NCBI GenBank assembly: GCA_048881705.1
Contig: JBHLSH010000093.1
Span: forward strand, 1 to 12,366
Direction: 5' to 3'
From: Candidatus Heimdallarchaeota archaeon
GTDB taxonomy: Archaea; Asgardarchaeota; Heimdallarchaeia; Hodarchaeales; Hodarchaeaceae
Length of the DNA: 12,366 bases
Below the pieces are notes generated by a model, which was not told the origin of the DNA, made no database searches, and worked only from the letters and a program-made list of their open reading frames with translations. The position numbers were made by a program, and so were the translations under genes. The stretch's first letter is position 1, and every line of letters starts with the position of its first letter. Positions 1 to 7,886 of this stretch are shown one piece after another.

Positions 1-410
1 ATCCTCTCTACATTTTCCTTGGTATACCCTAAACCTAAGATCCTCTCCTTGACTTCAGAGAACTCTTTCTCATCGCCGTACCTCGCGAACTCAAATAATA
101 AATGCTCCAAAAAACCCAAGAACTCCTTTTCGACCAATTTCGTATGAAAGAGCGTTAAGAGTTGGCCAAATGCTTGTCGGTACTCTTCGTTGATGGATGG
201 ATATGGTTTAGCTGTCCGTTTTTTGGAATCCAAAAGGATTTTCCACAGTTGATAGGAGTTTAATTCCAGCATTAACCGTTTAAAAGCATTTGAGACCAAG
301 AACTTCTTAATTCCCAGCCGAAAGAAACTAACTAGGAGGGGATTCAATACAGGATCGATACCATCAGACATCTGTTTGTTAGGAGTTTTGATCTCTTTTT
401 GGTCATTCAT
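1..410 (-). CDS. Hypothetical protein, N-terminal 136 aa only (runs off the left edge; not in the ORF track)
   Basis: Manual translation from ATG at 410 (in-frame TAG immediately upstream) is open to position 3: MNDQKEIKTPNKQMSDGIDPVLNPLLVSFFRLGIKKFLVSNAFKRLMLELNSYQLWKILLDSKKRTAKPYPSINEEYRQAFGQLLTLFHTKLVEKEFLGFLEHLLFEFARYGDEKEFSEVKERILGLGYTKENVER. Composition suggests a soluble, helical protein. No family recognised. Confidence 0.8.
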   Translation of the reverse strand, partial: MNDQKEIKTPNKQMSDGIDPVLNPLLVSFFRLGIKKFLVSNAFKRLMLELNSYQLWKILLDSKKRTAKPYPSINEEYRQAFGQLLTLFHTKLVEKEFLGFLEHLLFEFARYGDEKEFSEVKERILGLGYTKENVER

Positions 411-801
411 CTAATTACGGCCCCTTCACATCATGAGCTTTTCGCTACTCACCTCAGCTGTTAGAAATTGGTTACGCCAGGATATCACCGAAACGTGGAT
501 ATTTTTTGCTTATCTTCTATATCGAAACATCTTCCTCGGGGGTGATCGGAATTTAACCCGCTACCTCTGAGATTTTTTCCACCCTCGAGAATGAGGGTAA
601 ATGACTATAAACTTGTATAAAAGGGGATAAGGGGCATTTCCATCCCAAAATCCTGGATTTCATGATGAAAAGTTAACCCTACCCGAATTTTGGATGGTCA
701 ATTTGGATGTCACCATAGCTTTTCGTGAGCTAATAAGCGAGATTTCCGAATACCTAACGAATAGAGTCCATTAAGTATGCATCTCCCAGGGGATTTCGGA
801 A

Positions 802-3003
802 ATGGTGGATAAGTGGTTAAACTCGGTTCCTGTGTTCCACTTTCAACACATCCCTAGTGAAGTGAACAAAGATAGTGCTAAAGTTTTTAAAAATACTAGA
901 CATCTCTTTTCCCTCGAGTATGAAATCTATGCACCCAATACCGTCCATATCAACTTGATTCCGTTTTCCTCAGGACGATTTCGGAAACCAAAACTCGAAC
1001 AGGGACTCGCCATCACCCAACTCTTTGCTTCTGAAATGGGCTTACACCAGGATTTTCATCTCATTCAAGATTGGCGCATCCAATTGGTATTCCCGTTCTT
1101 AAAGCCTCGTCTTCAGATCGAGAAGAATGGGACTGCGTTCTATTGTGGTGGAATCTATGGCAAAGAGGGCACAAAAGATCGCGTTTTTACTACTTCTTCG
1201 GGATTTACGGATAGCCTCCTTGAAATTTTAACCGATTCTCCTCAATTTGCCCTCCTCCAAATGCTGTTTAAAGCCATTAAAGTCCCCAAAGAATTTCAGA
1301 CGGAAGCAGAACAAGATAAACGTGTCCCCCAGGTTCGTTTTGATATCCAAGCGGGAACTGTCAGTAAACGGTACGGCGCCCCCCATATTAACGTCATGGA
1401 AGAGGCAGGATGCTTTGAATTTTCTCCCCGGATTCTCCTGGCCGAATTCTCCAAAGAACGATTGAGTGAGAAGTTAAATCGCGTGGCAGCGGTCTTTCAG
1501 ACCTACGGGTTCAAAGTAAAGAAAATCCCCACCTTCTTTCACCGCTTTGGTCGCTTTAAGGGCCAGTGCGCCTCACGAAAAATGTTCTCCCCCATTCTTT
1601 TGGATGGACATTCTCTGATGAACCTCATCGTTCCCCCTCAGCGACAATATACCCACGATGGCTATTCATTGGTTCCCAATAAAACCCATTACTCGTTGTC
1701 CGCTAATGTTTCTCCTCCCACCTCGCAACACACCGTCAATTTTGGGATTCCAATCTTAAGTGGTAAGACGAATCCTACTCCGCTCTTTGTCGATGGAAAA
1801 GACCTGTGCCGTCATATGGCCGTGTTCGGGATGACAGGGGAAGGAAAAAGCCGATTTGTGTATGGGTTGCTCAAGGAATTCTTCTTGAAAGGTGTCAAGT
1901 TTATCATTTTTGATCCAAAAGGGGAATATCTCCGTCCTGTCCAAAACTTCTGTTCTAGTGTCCTATATCTAAAGCCAGGATCCACTGAGTTCCCCTGGGG
2001 AGTCAATATCTTTCAGGTTTCCAAAGATCAACGCGGAGACGATCTTATCCCTCTGGAAGATCATGTTCAATTCGTTGTCTCTGTCTTTGAGAACATCCTG
2101 GATGATGCTGATGGTGTATCGCCACAGATGCGGCGGATGCTTCACCTGGCCATCCTACGGACAATTCAGGATCGGGGCGATTTTCGAACTTTACTTGATT
2201 ATCTGGACGACCCGACTGTCCTCGGACTGAAAGGGGCTTATATTGAGAACACGGCTGCAGGATTACTGAATCGGATTGAAAAACTCTTTTTCGGTAATAC
2301 CGGACGCTCCTTTTCTGTAGCGGAAACCACTTTCGAGATCGCAGAACTCTTGAACCGCAATGTTATCATTGATCTTTCTGCGTTTGAAAGCATGGAAGAT
2401 CAACGCGGACGGAATTTGTTTCTTGAAGTGATCTTGCATTACCTCTATTATTTCCTCCGTCGATTTCGTGAACCGATCAAAGAAGAATCGCTCCCTCAAA
2501 ATATCTTGGTCTTCGATGAGGTACAAAAACTCCTGCCAACCCCGAAACGCTGGAGTCGTCAACCTGAATCCATGATTGGCAAAGGACCCTGGACATTGCG
2601 AGCATATGATATTTCCATGATCTTCATTGGTACGGATCCCGTAGTGGATCAACCGATGCTGTCCAATACAGGCATAACCACAATCTTCTATACCAATTAC
2701 AATCCCCAAGTGGTGTCTAATATGTTGGGGTTATCATATCATGATTATGACCAGATGCGGCGGCTGCTCAAGGCAAAAAATGAAGACCGACGGTGTATCA
2801 TTTCCATCAACGGTCAAGCTTCCCTGCTTAAAACCAATGAATTCCCATTAGATGTGGCACACGCCATCGATTGGACACAGATTCACCAACGACCCCTCCA
2901 ACAGCAAATAAAACAGTCATATGATGGCCTCGTCTTCAATCCCGTCAATGAAATGCTCCGTCGGAGTCAACGGGAGAAAATGACCTCCAAAAATCCGCGT
3001 TGA
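802..3003 (+). CDS. HerA/VirB4/FtsK-superfamily P-loop ATPase (DUF87/HerA-central type) with a ~320-aa N-terminal extension
   Basis: DLCRHMAVFGMTGEGKS (Walker A at 1828-1851), then FIIFDPKGEY, typical of HerA/DUF87. Walker B ILVFDE at 2503-2520. LRAYD (2596-2610) carries the arginine expected at the 'GRKYG' position. Confidence 0.9.
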   Translation: MVDKWLNSVPVFHFQHIPSEVNKDSAKVFKNTRHLFSLEYEIYAPNTVHINLIPFSSGRFRKPKLEQGLAITQLFASEMGLHQDFHLIQDWRIQLVFPFLKPRLQIEKNGTAFYCGGIYGKEGTKDRVFTTSSGFTDSLLEILTDSPQFALLQMLFKAIKVPKEFQTEAEQDKRVPQVRFDIQAGTVSKRYGAPHINVMEEAGCFEFSPRILLAEFSKERLSEKLNRVAAVFQTYGFKVKKIPTFFHRFGRFKGQCASRKMFSPILLDGHSLMNLIVPPQRQYTHDGYSLVPNKTHYSLSANVSPPTSQHTVNFGIPILSGKTNPTPLFVDGKDLCRHMAVFGMTGEGKSRFVYGLLKEFFLKGVKFIIFDPKGEYLRPVQNFCSSVLYLKPGSTEFPWGVNIFQVSKDQRGDDLIPLEDHVQFVVSVFENILDDADGVSPQMRRMLHLAILRTIQDRGDFRTLLDYLDDPTVLGLKGAYIENTAAGLLNRIEKLFFGNTGRSFSVAETTFEIAELLNRNVIIDLSAFESMEDQRGRNLFLEVILHYLYYFLRRFREPIKEESLPQNILVFDEVQKLLPTPKRWSRQPESMIGKGPWTLRAYDISMIFIGTDPVVDQPMLSNTGITTIFYTNYNPQVVSNMLGLSYHDYDQMRRLLKAKNEDRRCIISINGQASLLKTNEFPLDVAHAIDWTQIHQRPLQQQIKQSYDGLVFNPVNEMLRRSQREKMTSKNPR

Positions 3004-3097
3004 TTCGGTTTTACCCGGTTTAACGCTCACAAGAACATTTTATTAAGCGGTATCACCCTTAATTCCAATCACAAAATGAGATGGGGAGCCATATCCA

Positions 3098-3664
3098 ATG
3101 ATAACAAAAGTGGCTGTAACCAGAAGATCCTATCAATTAAGGAGTCTGGGGTGGCAGATCTGGTATTATCAGAATTCCTTGTTTTTGATTCTCTTCGTGA
3201 TTCTCCCCATCAACCTCTTTTTGAGCATAGTACTACCTTGGTGGGGAGATTGGCTGGGAGCAGTTGTAAACCTTTTGTTCAATGTTTGTATGTTCCTCGA
3301 TCTGTTCAGCATAAGTTTAATTACATCTAGTTTCCTTTTCGATTCTTATAGGGAGGGATCTCAGCTTTTCGGGAACCGTCGCCTCTTTTTAGGAGTTTTC
3401 GCTGGATCCTTATGGATTATGGCAAGCTTTCTATGGAGGTTCCCTTTTTTCCTTATTTCCGTACAGAATGTTTACCAAAGCGGTATAGGTTTTCGTGTAT
3501 CTTGGCTATACAGTGGACAACCAGAGAGACGTTTTTTACCTCCAGGATTTGATTTCATCTCCAATCCCCTCCAATCATATCTTTTCTTTGCAGGGGGCTT
3601 TTTCTTATTCATCTTTCTCCACAGAAATGATGTTTTATTATCAGAAACATCCAAAAATCGTTAA
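3098..3664 (+). CDS. Multi-pass membrane protein, 5' part of a probably frameshifted gene continuing into 3700-4614
   Basis: About 4-5 hydrophobic segments (e.g. SLFLILFVILPINLFLSIVLPWW, LFLGVFAGSLWIMASFLW, YLFFAGGFFLFIFL). The stop follows an A5 run at 3653-3657, and the downstream gene's frame is open from 3631. Confidence 0.75.
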   Translation: MITKVAVTRRSYQLRSLGWQIWYYQNSLFLILFVILPINLFLSIVLPWWGDWLGAVVNLLFNVCMFLDLFSISLITSSFLFDSYREGSQLFGNRRLFLGVFAGSLWIMASFLWRFPFFLISVQNVYQSGIGFRVSWLYSGQPERRFLPPGFDFISNPLQSYLFFAGGFFLFIFLHRNDVLLSETSKNR

Positions 3665-3699
3665 CTTCAGACAAAAAACCAAGGATTGTCCTTGGAACG

Positions 3700-4614
3700 G
3701 TGTACGGGATCATAAATCTTATTGCAGGGGTTTTTTTCCTTCTTACAATTGGTAATGTTTCTCTAGGCAACCCATTTTCTTCCAACTGGACAACCATTTT
3801 TTTACTCGTTTCGATCGCGAAGTTATTTCTTGTGCCATTCATCGGGTTAATAGCTACCCGAAGGTATCTCTCCTCTCTTAATGATTTAACAGGAACATCA
3901 AAAAACGGCTTGGTAGCATTAAATGGTTCTCCAACTCAAGCCCATGCATCAGAGAAGGTTCGCCCTACTCCACCAACTTTTAAGATTCTAACTATTGGAT
4001 TTTTTATATTGGTCCTCCTCCCTATCTCACCAGCTTTCATTGGAAATCTGCAGCCCTCTCCTGCAATTTCTGGGCCCTACATTACACGTTTAGCGCCATC
4101 CCATGGAATGCAAGCCCTACAATACGTTGAAGGCCTTTCCCCTGAAGATCTCGGTTCACCAATCCGATATGTTGTGGTAAATGACTCTCTTAATTTCTTT
4201 CTTAGGTTAATCCGAGACGGTACCTCCTTGGAAGGCCAAGCGTTTCGTCCGTATATTTACAGCTTAAATTGGACGGTTTCCATTGAAGAAGCTTTGGTTC
4301 CAATTCTCAATTCTTCCTCACTCCATGGTTATTGGATTAAGAATTTTGATCCCAATTATTTAACTCGTCTGATGTGGTGGGAGAATGGTACCCGTATTGA
4401 TCTGGGTGCTCAAGAGGACTCGTGGATCTCCGATCTGAATCAAACTTCCTTCCAGGATTTTTCATACTCGATTTTTTGGGTTTTTTCAGGCGAGGTAAGA
4501 TATAGCGAGGTTTTTGGGGAATTGGGGGCAAATTTTATTCATACAGAGCAGATGTTTTCCTTGATGCAGATTTACATCCAGTGTGTGGCGCCATCGTGGT
4601 CAGTCATGCTGTAG
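3700..4614 (+). CDS. Membrane protein with ~3 TM segments and a C-terminal extracytoplasmic domain; probably the 3' part of the 3098 gene
   Basis: Hydrophobic segments YGIINLIAGVFFLLTI, IFLLVSIAKLFLVPFIGLIA and ILTIGFFILVLLPISPAFI, then a soluble domain with NxS/T sequons (NDS, NWT, NSS, NGT, NQT). The GTG start falls within a hydrophobic helix that extends upstream in frame (RIVLGTV). Confidence 0.8.
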   Translation: MYGIINLIAGVFFLLTIGNVSLGNPFSSNWTTIFLLVSIAKLFLVPFIGLIATRRYLSSLNDLTGTSKNGLVALNGSPTQAHASEKVRPTPPTFKILTIGFFILVLLPISPAFIGNLQPSPAISGPYITRLAPSHGMQALQYVEGLSPEDLGSPIRYVVVNDSLNFFLRLIRDGTSLEGQAFRPYIYSLNWTVSIEEALVPILNSSSLHGYWIKNFDPNYLTRLMWWENGTRIDLGAQEDSWISDLNQTSFQDFSYSIFWVFSGEVRYSEVFGELGANFIHTEQMFSLMQIYIQCVAPSWSVML

Positions 4615-4714
4615 CATAAGCTGATCTTAGTATTGGTTGTGCCAGAAGACCCCCTTGTCGGGGCTTCTCTAGAGAAACTCTCCGGATAATACTCACCTCA
4701 AGATTTCAAAACAG

Positions 4715-4801
4715 GATTTCCTCATAGTACCACCGTAAAAAACGGTTCTCCGCTATTATTGACCGATTGTGAGGGGGGTGATGATAATTAGATGCCCGCA
4801 T
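4715..4801. repeat. Dispersed bipartite intergenic repeat, copy A
   Basis: 4721-4760 matches 8692-8731 at 32/40 nt ungapped. 4776-4801 matches 8763-8788 at 24/26 nt. 4727-4761 matches 9161-9195 at 30/35 nt. It lies between convergent genes. Confidence 0.9.
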
Positions 4802-4824
4802 AGGAAAAGAAGGAGCAGTTTAGG

Positions 4825-7086
4825 TCATTTCTTCCGCTGCCGAAGGAGAAGCATGGCCAATACCCCGAGAAGCCCCATGAGAACATGCCAACCTGAAGAG
4901 ATCGCAGTTGTTGTGGTCGTACCCGTTAATAACGGGGTTTTTATGGTAAACGGGCTACTCGAGAGTGTTTCGCTGATGAATCCTATACTATCTGTTGCCT
5001 GGACTTTGAGGAGAATGATTGTTCCGTTAGAGATAGCGGTTAGATCCCATGTGTAATGCAGAGACGCCATTCCAGAAGCGATTTCTATCCATGTCGCCCC
5101 GCTATCAGTCGAATAAAGAACCGAATATGCGAGAGAATGCCCGAATGTGTCGCTCGAGGCAGTCCACTCAATGGTCACCTCGTCCTTTAACGTCAAGGTC
5201 CCACCTGTTGGAGCCGTAATGACTGGTGCCGATAAATGATAGGGATTTGTCAGACGCGAAGTGTCCTGATTCCCCGTAGAGCCCCCAATGGGATACGGCC
5301 CCGTTCTCGTCCAATCACTCCAATAATTCTTTTCAAAGACATTGTTAGAGCTATCATCGGAGGCAGAATCGCTGGAAAAATCATTAAATCGGATTCGGTT
5401 ATTGTCAGAGGATGAAAAATATATTCCTAGTCCGTTATTATCTAACAACAGATTTTCCTGGATCTCATTATTCGTGGAGTTTGTTTGAAACCCAATCCCT
5501 GCTCCATTGCCAAAAATAGTGTTGTTAAAGATATTGTTGTGATGATTATTGGAATAAATCCCAATCCCTGCTTCAGAATTATTGAAAACAGTGTTCATTG
5601 TAATATTATTGTCATAATTATTCCCCGTTCCCCCCCCAATCCCTATTCGAATACCCACGTTGACACTGTCAAAAACGCTGTTGTTGTGGATAATATTGTC
5701 ATGAGAATATGTAAACACAATTCCATCGCTATTTTTGAGGATCTGATTGCTTTCAATGGTGCCATGCATGACGTTCGAGAAAGAAATTCCTATTCCAGGG
5801 GTGGACATTCCATTCAGAATGCAATTAGCTATTCTAAAATGATCTGTTGTTCCACTGACAGATATTAAAGTACCACTATATCCAGTGAGGTTGAATCCCG
5901 AAATCCGATAAGGGTTATTAATGGTTCCGGCTCCGGGGAATCCATGCGATGAAAAATCTCCATTATTATTTATTGAAATCGGGCCTGTAATGATACCCAT
6001 ATCTGTAATCCATTGATTTAAACTTGCTGAGTCATTGGGTGCCGTAATTTCCTGTGATATGATTTTATTACGTACTGTAACATTTACTTCTTGGATTTTT
6101 TCCGACCCTATTATTTTCTGAGTATGGGTTAACGGAGAAAGACCAAGACCATCCTCTGCTAGCCCTAGTGATTTAGTCCCATTTTTCCAAACATCATTGT
6201 AAAACTCAAGAATTCCATTATAAACAGCCACATCAACTCTTTTCATCATAGAAGTAAGAACTCGGCCTGGATACAAATCATCTTGGTCTATATCAACTCC
6301 GATGGCATAATATCCAGATCCTTGTTCATTTGCGGACTCCAAAACCCCCAGGCCGCTTTTGCCCGCAACTGCAAAGATAATGTCCACACCTTGAGACCAC
6401 ATCGCTTCAGCTTTTGCTTTTGCAGTTGTATTATCGTCAAATGATCCAACAAAATCTTCTAAAATTTCAAGATAGCTTCGATTTTTCTCATATAGTGCTC
6501 CCGCTTCATACCCAGCCCAGAATTTACGAATCAGAGGGGCATCCAGACCACCAATAAAACCAATCTTCCCTGTTTTGGTCATTAAACCAGCCATACTACC
6601 AACAAGGAAAGATCCTTCCTCCTCTCTAAATATAACAGAGCTGACATTTCCCACAGTAACGATATTATCTATTAACAGGAAAGGTTGGCTAGAATAGATT
6701 GATGCGACATTTTGAACAGCTGCCTTTTGGGCAAACCCAACAGCGATAATCAAATCATATAATCCAGAACTGGCGTATGTAGTCAACTCAGGTTCGAAAT
6801 CGCTAGTACTAGAGGGTAGGGAATAAGTAAAAGTGCATAAGCCATCTGTTTGAGCTTTCTGGAGCCCCTCATAAGCCATGTCATTGAAACCTAAATTGTT
6901 TAATCCACCAGTTGAAAAAACACAGGCCACATTGATGGACCCAACATTTACTTTACCATGGACACGAGATTCAATATTTGACGAATTGCTAACAGCAAAT
7001 TCCTCAAGAGGATGTAAGTTGGGTTGAATTGTCACCAGAGTTGTTAAGACAATAAACGTTAGGAAAGTTAGATTGGTTTTTCTCAT
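4825..7086 (-). CDS. Cell-surface protein: signal peptide + BMP/PnrA-family (basic membrane protein) substrate-binding domain + right-handed parallel beta-helix (NosD/CASH-like) + Ig/FN3-like domain + C-terminal sorting signal
   Basis: aa ~50-350 carry BMP motifs (GGLNNLGFNDMAYEG, DLIIAVGF, FREEEGSFLVG, KIGFIGG, GVDIIFAVAG, AIGVDIDQ, VLTSMMKRVD). aa ~368-615 have GFPGAGTINNPYRI and N/I/G-rich beta-helix repeats. aa ~620-715 (APVITAP...IEW...YSVLYSTDSGATW...YTWD...LKVQATD) look Ig/FN3-like. The tail is TTTTTAISSGW + hydrophobic helix + RQRKK. Confidence 0.9.
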   Translation of the reverse strand: MRKTNLTFLTFIVLTTLVTIQPNLHPLEEFAVSNSSNIESRVHGKVNVGSINVACVFSTGGLNNLGFNDMAYEGLQKAQTDGLCTFTYSLPSSTSDFEPELTTYASSGLYDLIIAVGFAQKAAVQNVASIYSSQPFLLIDNIVTVGNVSSVIFREEEGSFLVGSMAGLMTKTGKIGFIGGLDAPLIRKFWAGYEAGALYEKNRSYLEILEDFVGSFDDNTTAKAKAEAMWSQGVDIIFAVAGKSGLGVLESANEQGSGYYAIGVDIDQDDLYPGRVLTSMMKRVDVAVYNGILEFYNDVWKNGTKSLGLAEDGLGLSPLTHTQKIIGSEKIQEVNVTVRNKIISQEITAPNDSASLNQWITDMGIITGPISINNNGDFSSHGFPGAGTINNPYRISGFNLTGYSGTLISVSGTTDHFRIANCILNGMSTPGIGISFSNVMHGTIESNQILKNSDGIVFTYSHDNIIHNNSVFDSVNVGIRIGIGGGTGNNYDNNITMNTVFNNSEAGIGIYSNNHHNNIFNNTIFGNGAGIGFQTNSTNNEIQENLLLDNNGLGIYFSSSDNNRIRFNDFSSDSASDDSSNNVFEKNYWSDWTRTGPYPIGGSTGNQDTSRLTNPYHLSAPVITAPTGGTLTLKDEVTIEWTASSDTFGHSLAYSVLYSTDSGATWIEIASGMASLHYTWDLTAISNGTIILLKVQATDSIGFISETLSSSPFTIKTPLLTGTTTTTAISSGWHVLMGLLGVLAMLLLRQRKK

Positions 7087-7139
7087 GTAGATGCCTTCAA
7101 AGTTTTAATCCAAGATGTGAAATGCCCATAAATGAGAAC

Positions 7140-7382
7140 TTACGGGTTTAGAGGATTTTGGTTTCCCGTCATCTCAAGTATAAAAGAATTACGATTTTCT
7201 TGAAACACAAATGAGGTGGATTCTAACTCTGCCTCAACCTGAGATTCTGAAACAGGATTTTCTGTGTTAGTAAGAGGAACCGTCGACTCTGACAACCTCC
7301 GATCATTGCTATCAATTCCCCAGATGTAAAAGCCGAATAAAAGGAAGAAAATCATTAACCTGTTTAATTTCTTAAGAGTCAT
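7140..7382 (-). CDS. Short secreted-type ORF or 5' remnant of a surface-protein gene (80 aa)
   Basis: Basic N-terminus plus hydrophobic stretch (MTLKKLNRLMIFFLLFGFYIWG), then an S/T/E-rich polar linker and a stop. GGTAGG lies 8 nt upstream of the ATG on the minus strand. It is not in frame with the 7086 gene. Confidence 0.55.
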   Translation of the reverse strand: MTLKKLNRLMIFFLLFGFYIWGIDSNDRRLSESTVPLTNTENPVSESQVEAELESTSFVFQENRNSFILEMTGNQNPLNP

Positions 7383-7678
7383 TTTTTTTTCCTACCAAAT
7401 TAAAATGATCTATTGAGCGTGCTTTTCATTTTTTAAAAGACAACAGCATAATTCGAATTCCTGTAGGATTCATCACGAATCGTCAAAGTTCCTTGAAGGT
7501 CTTCTCGAAATGCCCACTTTTCTAAACCAGGAAAAAAAAAGCAATAACATTCTCGACATTATTAATCTTGATTGCTTCATGTTTCCACCTCGGGCGTTTT
7601 CTTACAATAAAAAGCTCATTATAACACTTTAGAGGGATTATTAGTGCCAAGGGACTCCTGCTTTGCAGGATATTGGCG

Positions 7679-7703
7679 TATATAAAACTTACGAATTTCG
7701 TAA
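7679..7703. promoter_or_regulatory. TATA-like box immediately followed by a 15-bp palindrome (candidate operator)
   Basis: TATATAAA at 7679-7686, then TTACGAA-T-TTCGTAA at 7689-7703, inside the divergent intergenic region 7383-7886. Confidence 0.4.
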
Positions 7704-7840
7704 TTTACTTCAGGTTTTACTATTTTTATGGGGTAACTCCCTCTTCCCCTAGCGAGAGATTGAGAGGTTTAACATCTCCTATCGGGTTATTACGAGTGAA
7801 ATGATATTTAAATTTCACAATTTTATAAATTAAAATAATA

Positions 7841-7857
7841 CCCAAAATGTTTTTATA
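7841..7857 (+). promoter_or_regulatory. Candidate archaeal BRE/TATA promoter for the 7887 gene
   Basis: CCCAAAATG-TTTTTATA, with the TATA box (7850-7857) ending 30 nt before ATG 7887. This spacing is typical of leaderless archaeal transcripts. Confidence 0.45.
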
Positions 7858-7886
7858 TTCGGGTACGCGATCATTTGCGAATTATC

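Noticed and set aside
581-709. Cluster of short inverted/direct repeats (ACCCTC/GAGGGT, AAATCC/GGATTT, TTTCAT/ATGAAA, TTTGGATG x2) and TATAAA boxes at 606-622
   Set aside because: Probably promoter sequence, but 6-8 bp matches are near chance level and the strand cannot be assigned.
1247-2709. Nested/antisense ORFs inside the ATPase (1247, 1756, 1812, 2263)
   Set aside because: Shadow frames of a well-supported gene, with no recognisable motifs.
4645-4676. GAAG(A)CCCC/GGGGCTTC hairpin and TTCTCTAGAGAA palindrome after the 4614 stop
   Set aside because: It could aid termination, but there is no U-tract and the stem is short. Not enough support to call a terminator.
4706-4801. 31-aa minus-strand ORF through repeat copy A (MRASNYHHPPHNRSIIAENRFLRWYYEEILF), with a few synonymous-looking differences from copy B
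   Set aside because: In copy B the two blocks are 16 nt further apart, out of frame and separated by stops. Several differences are non-synonymous. A coding explanation of the repeat is not supported, though not excluded.
4721-4801. Known riboswitch/ribozyme identity for the repeat (fluoride, cobalamin, hammerhead, SECIS)
   Set aside because: Only short fragments match (GATGCC, CCGCTGTAAA, TGATGA). The required cores are absent, and no in-frame UGA selenoprotein is present.
3076-5868. Overlapping ORFs 3076, 3472, 3495, 3609, 4337, 4769 and 5485
   Set aside because: Alternative-frame or antisense shadows of the membrane and BMP genes.
7550-7573. TTCTCGACATTATTAATCTTGATT as another block-1 copy
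   Set aside because: AT-rich and needs gaps to align. Too weak without a statistical model.
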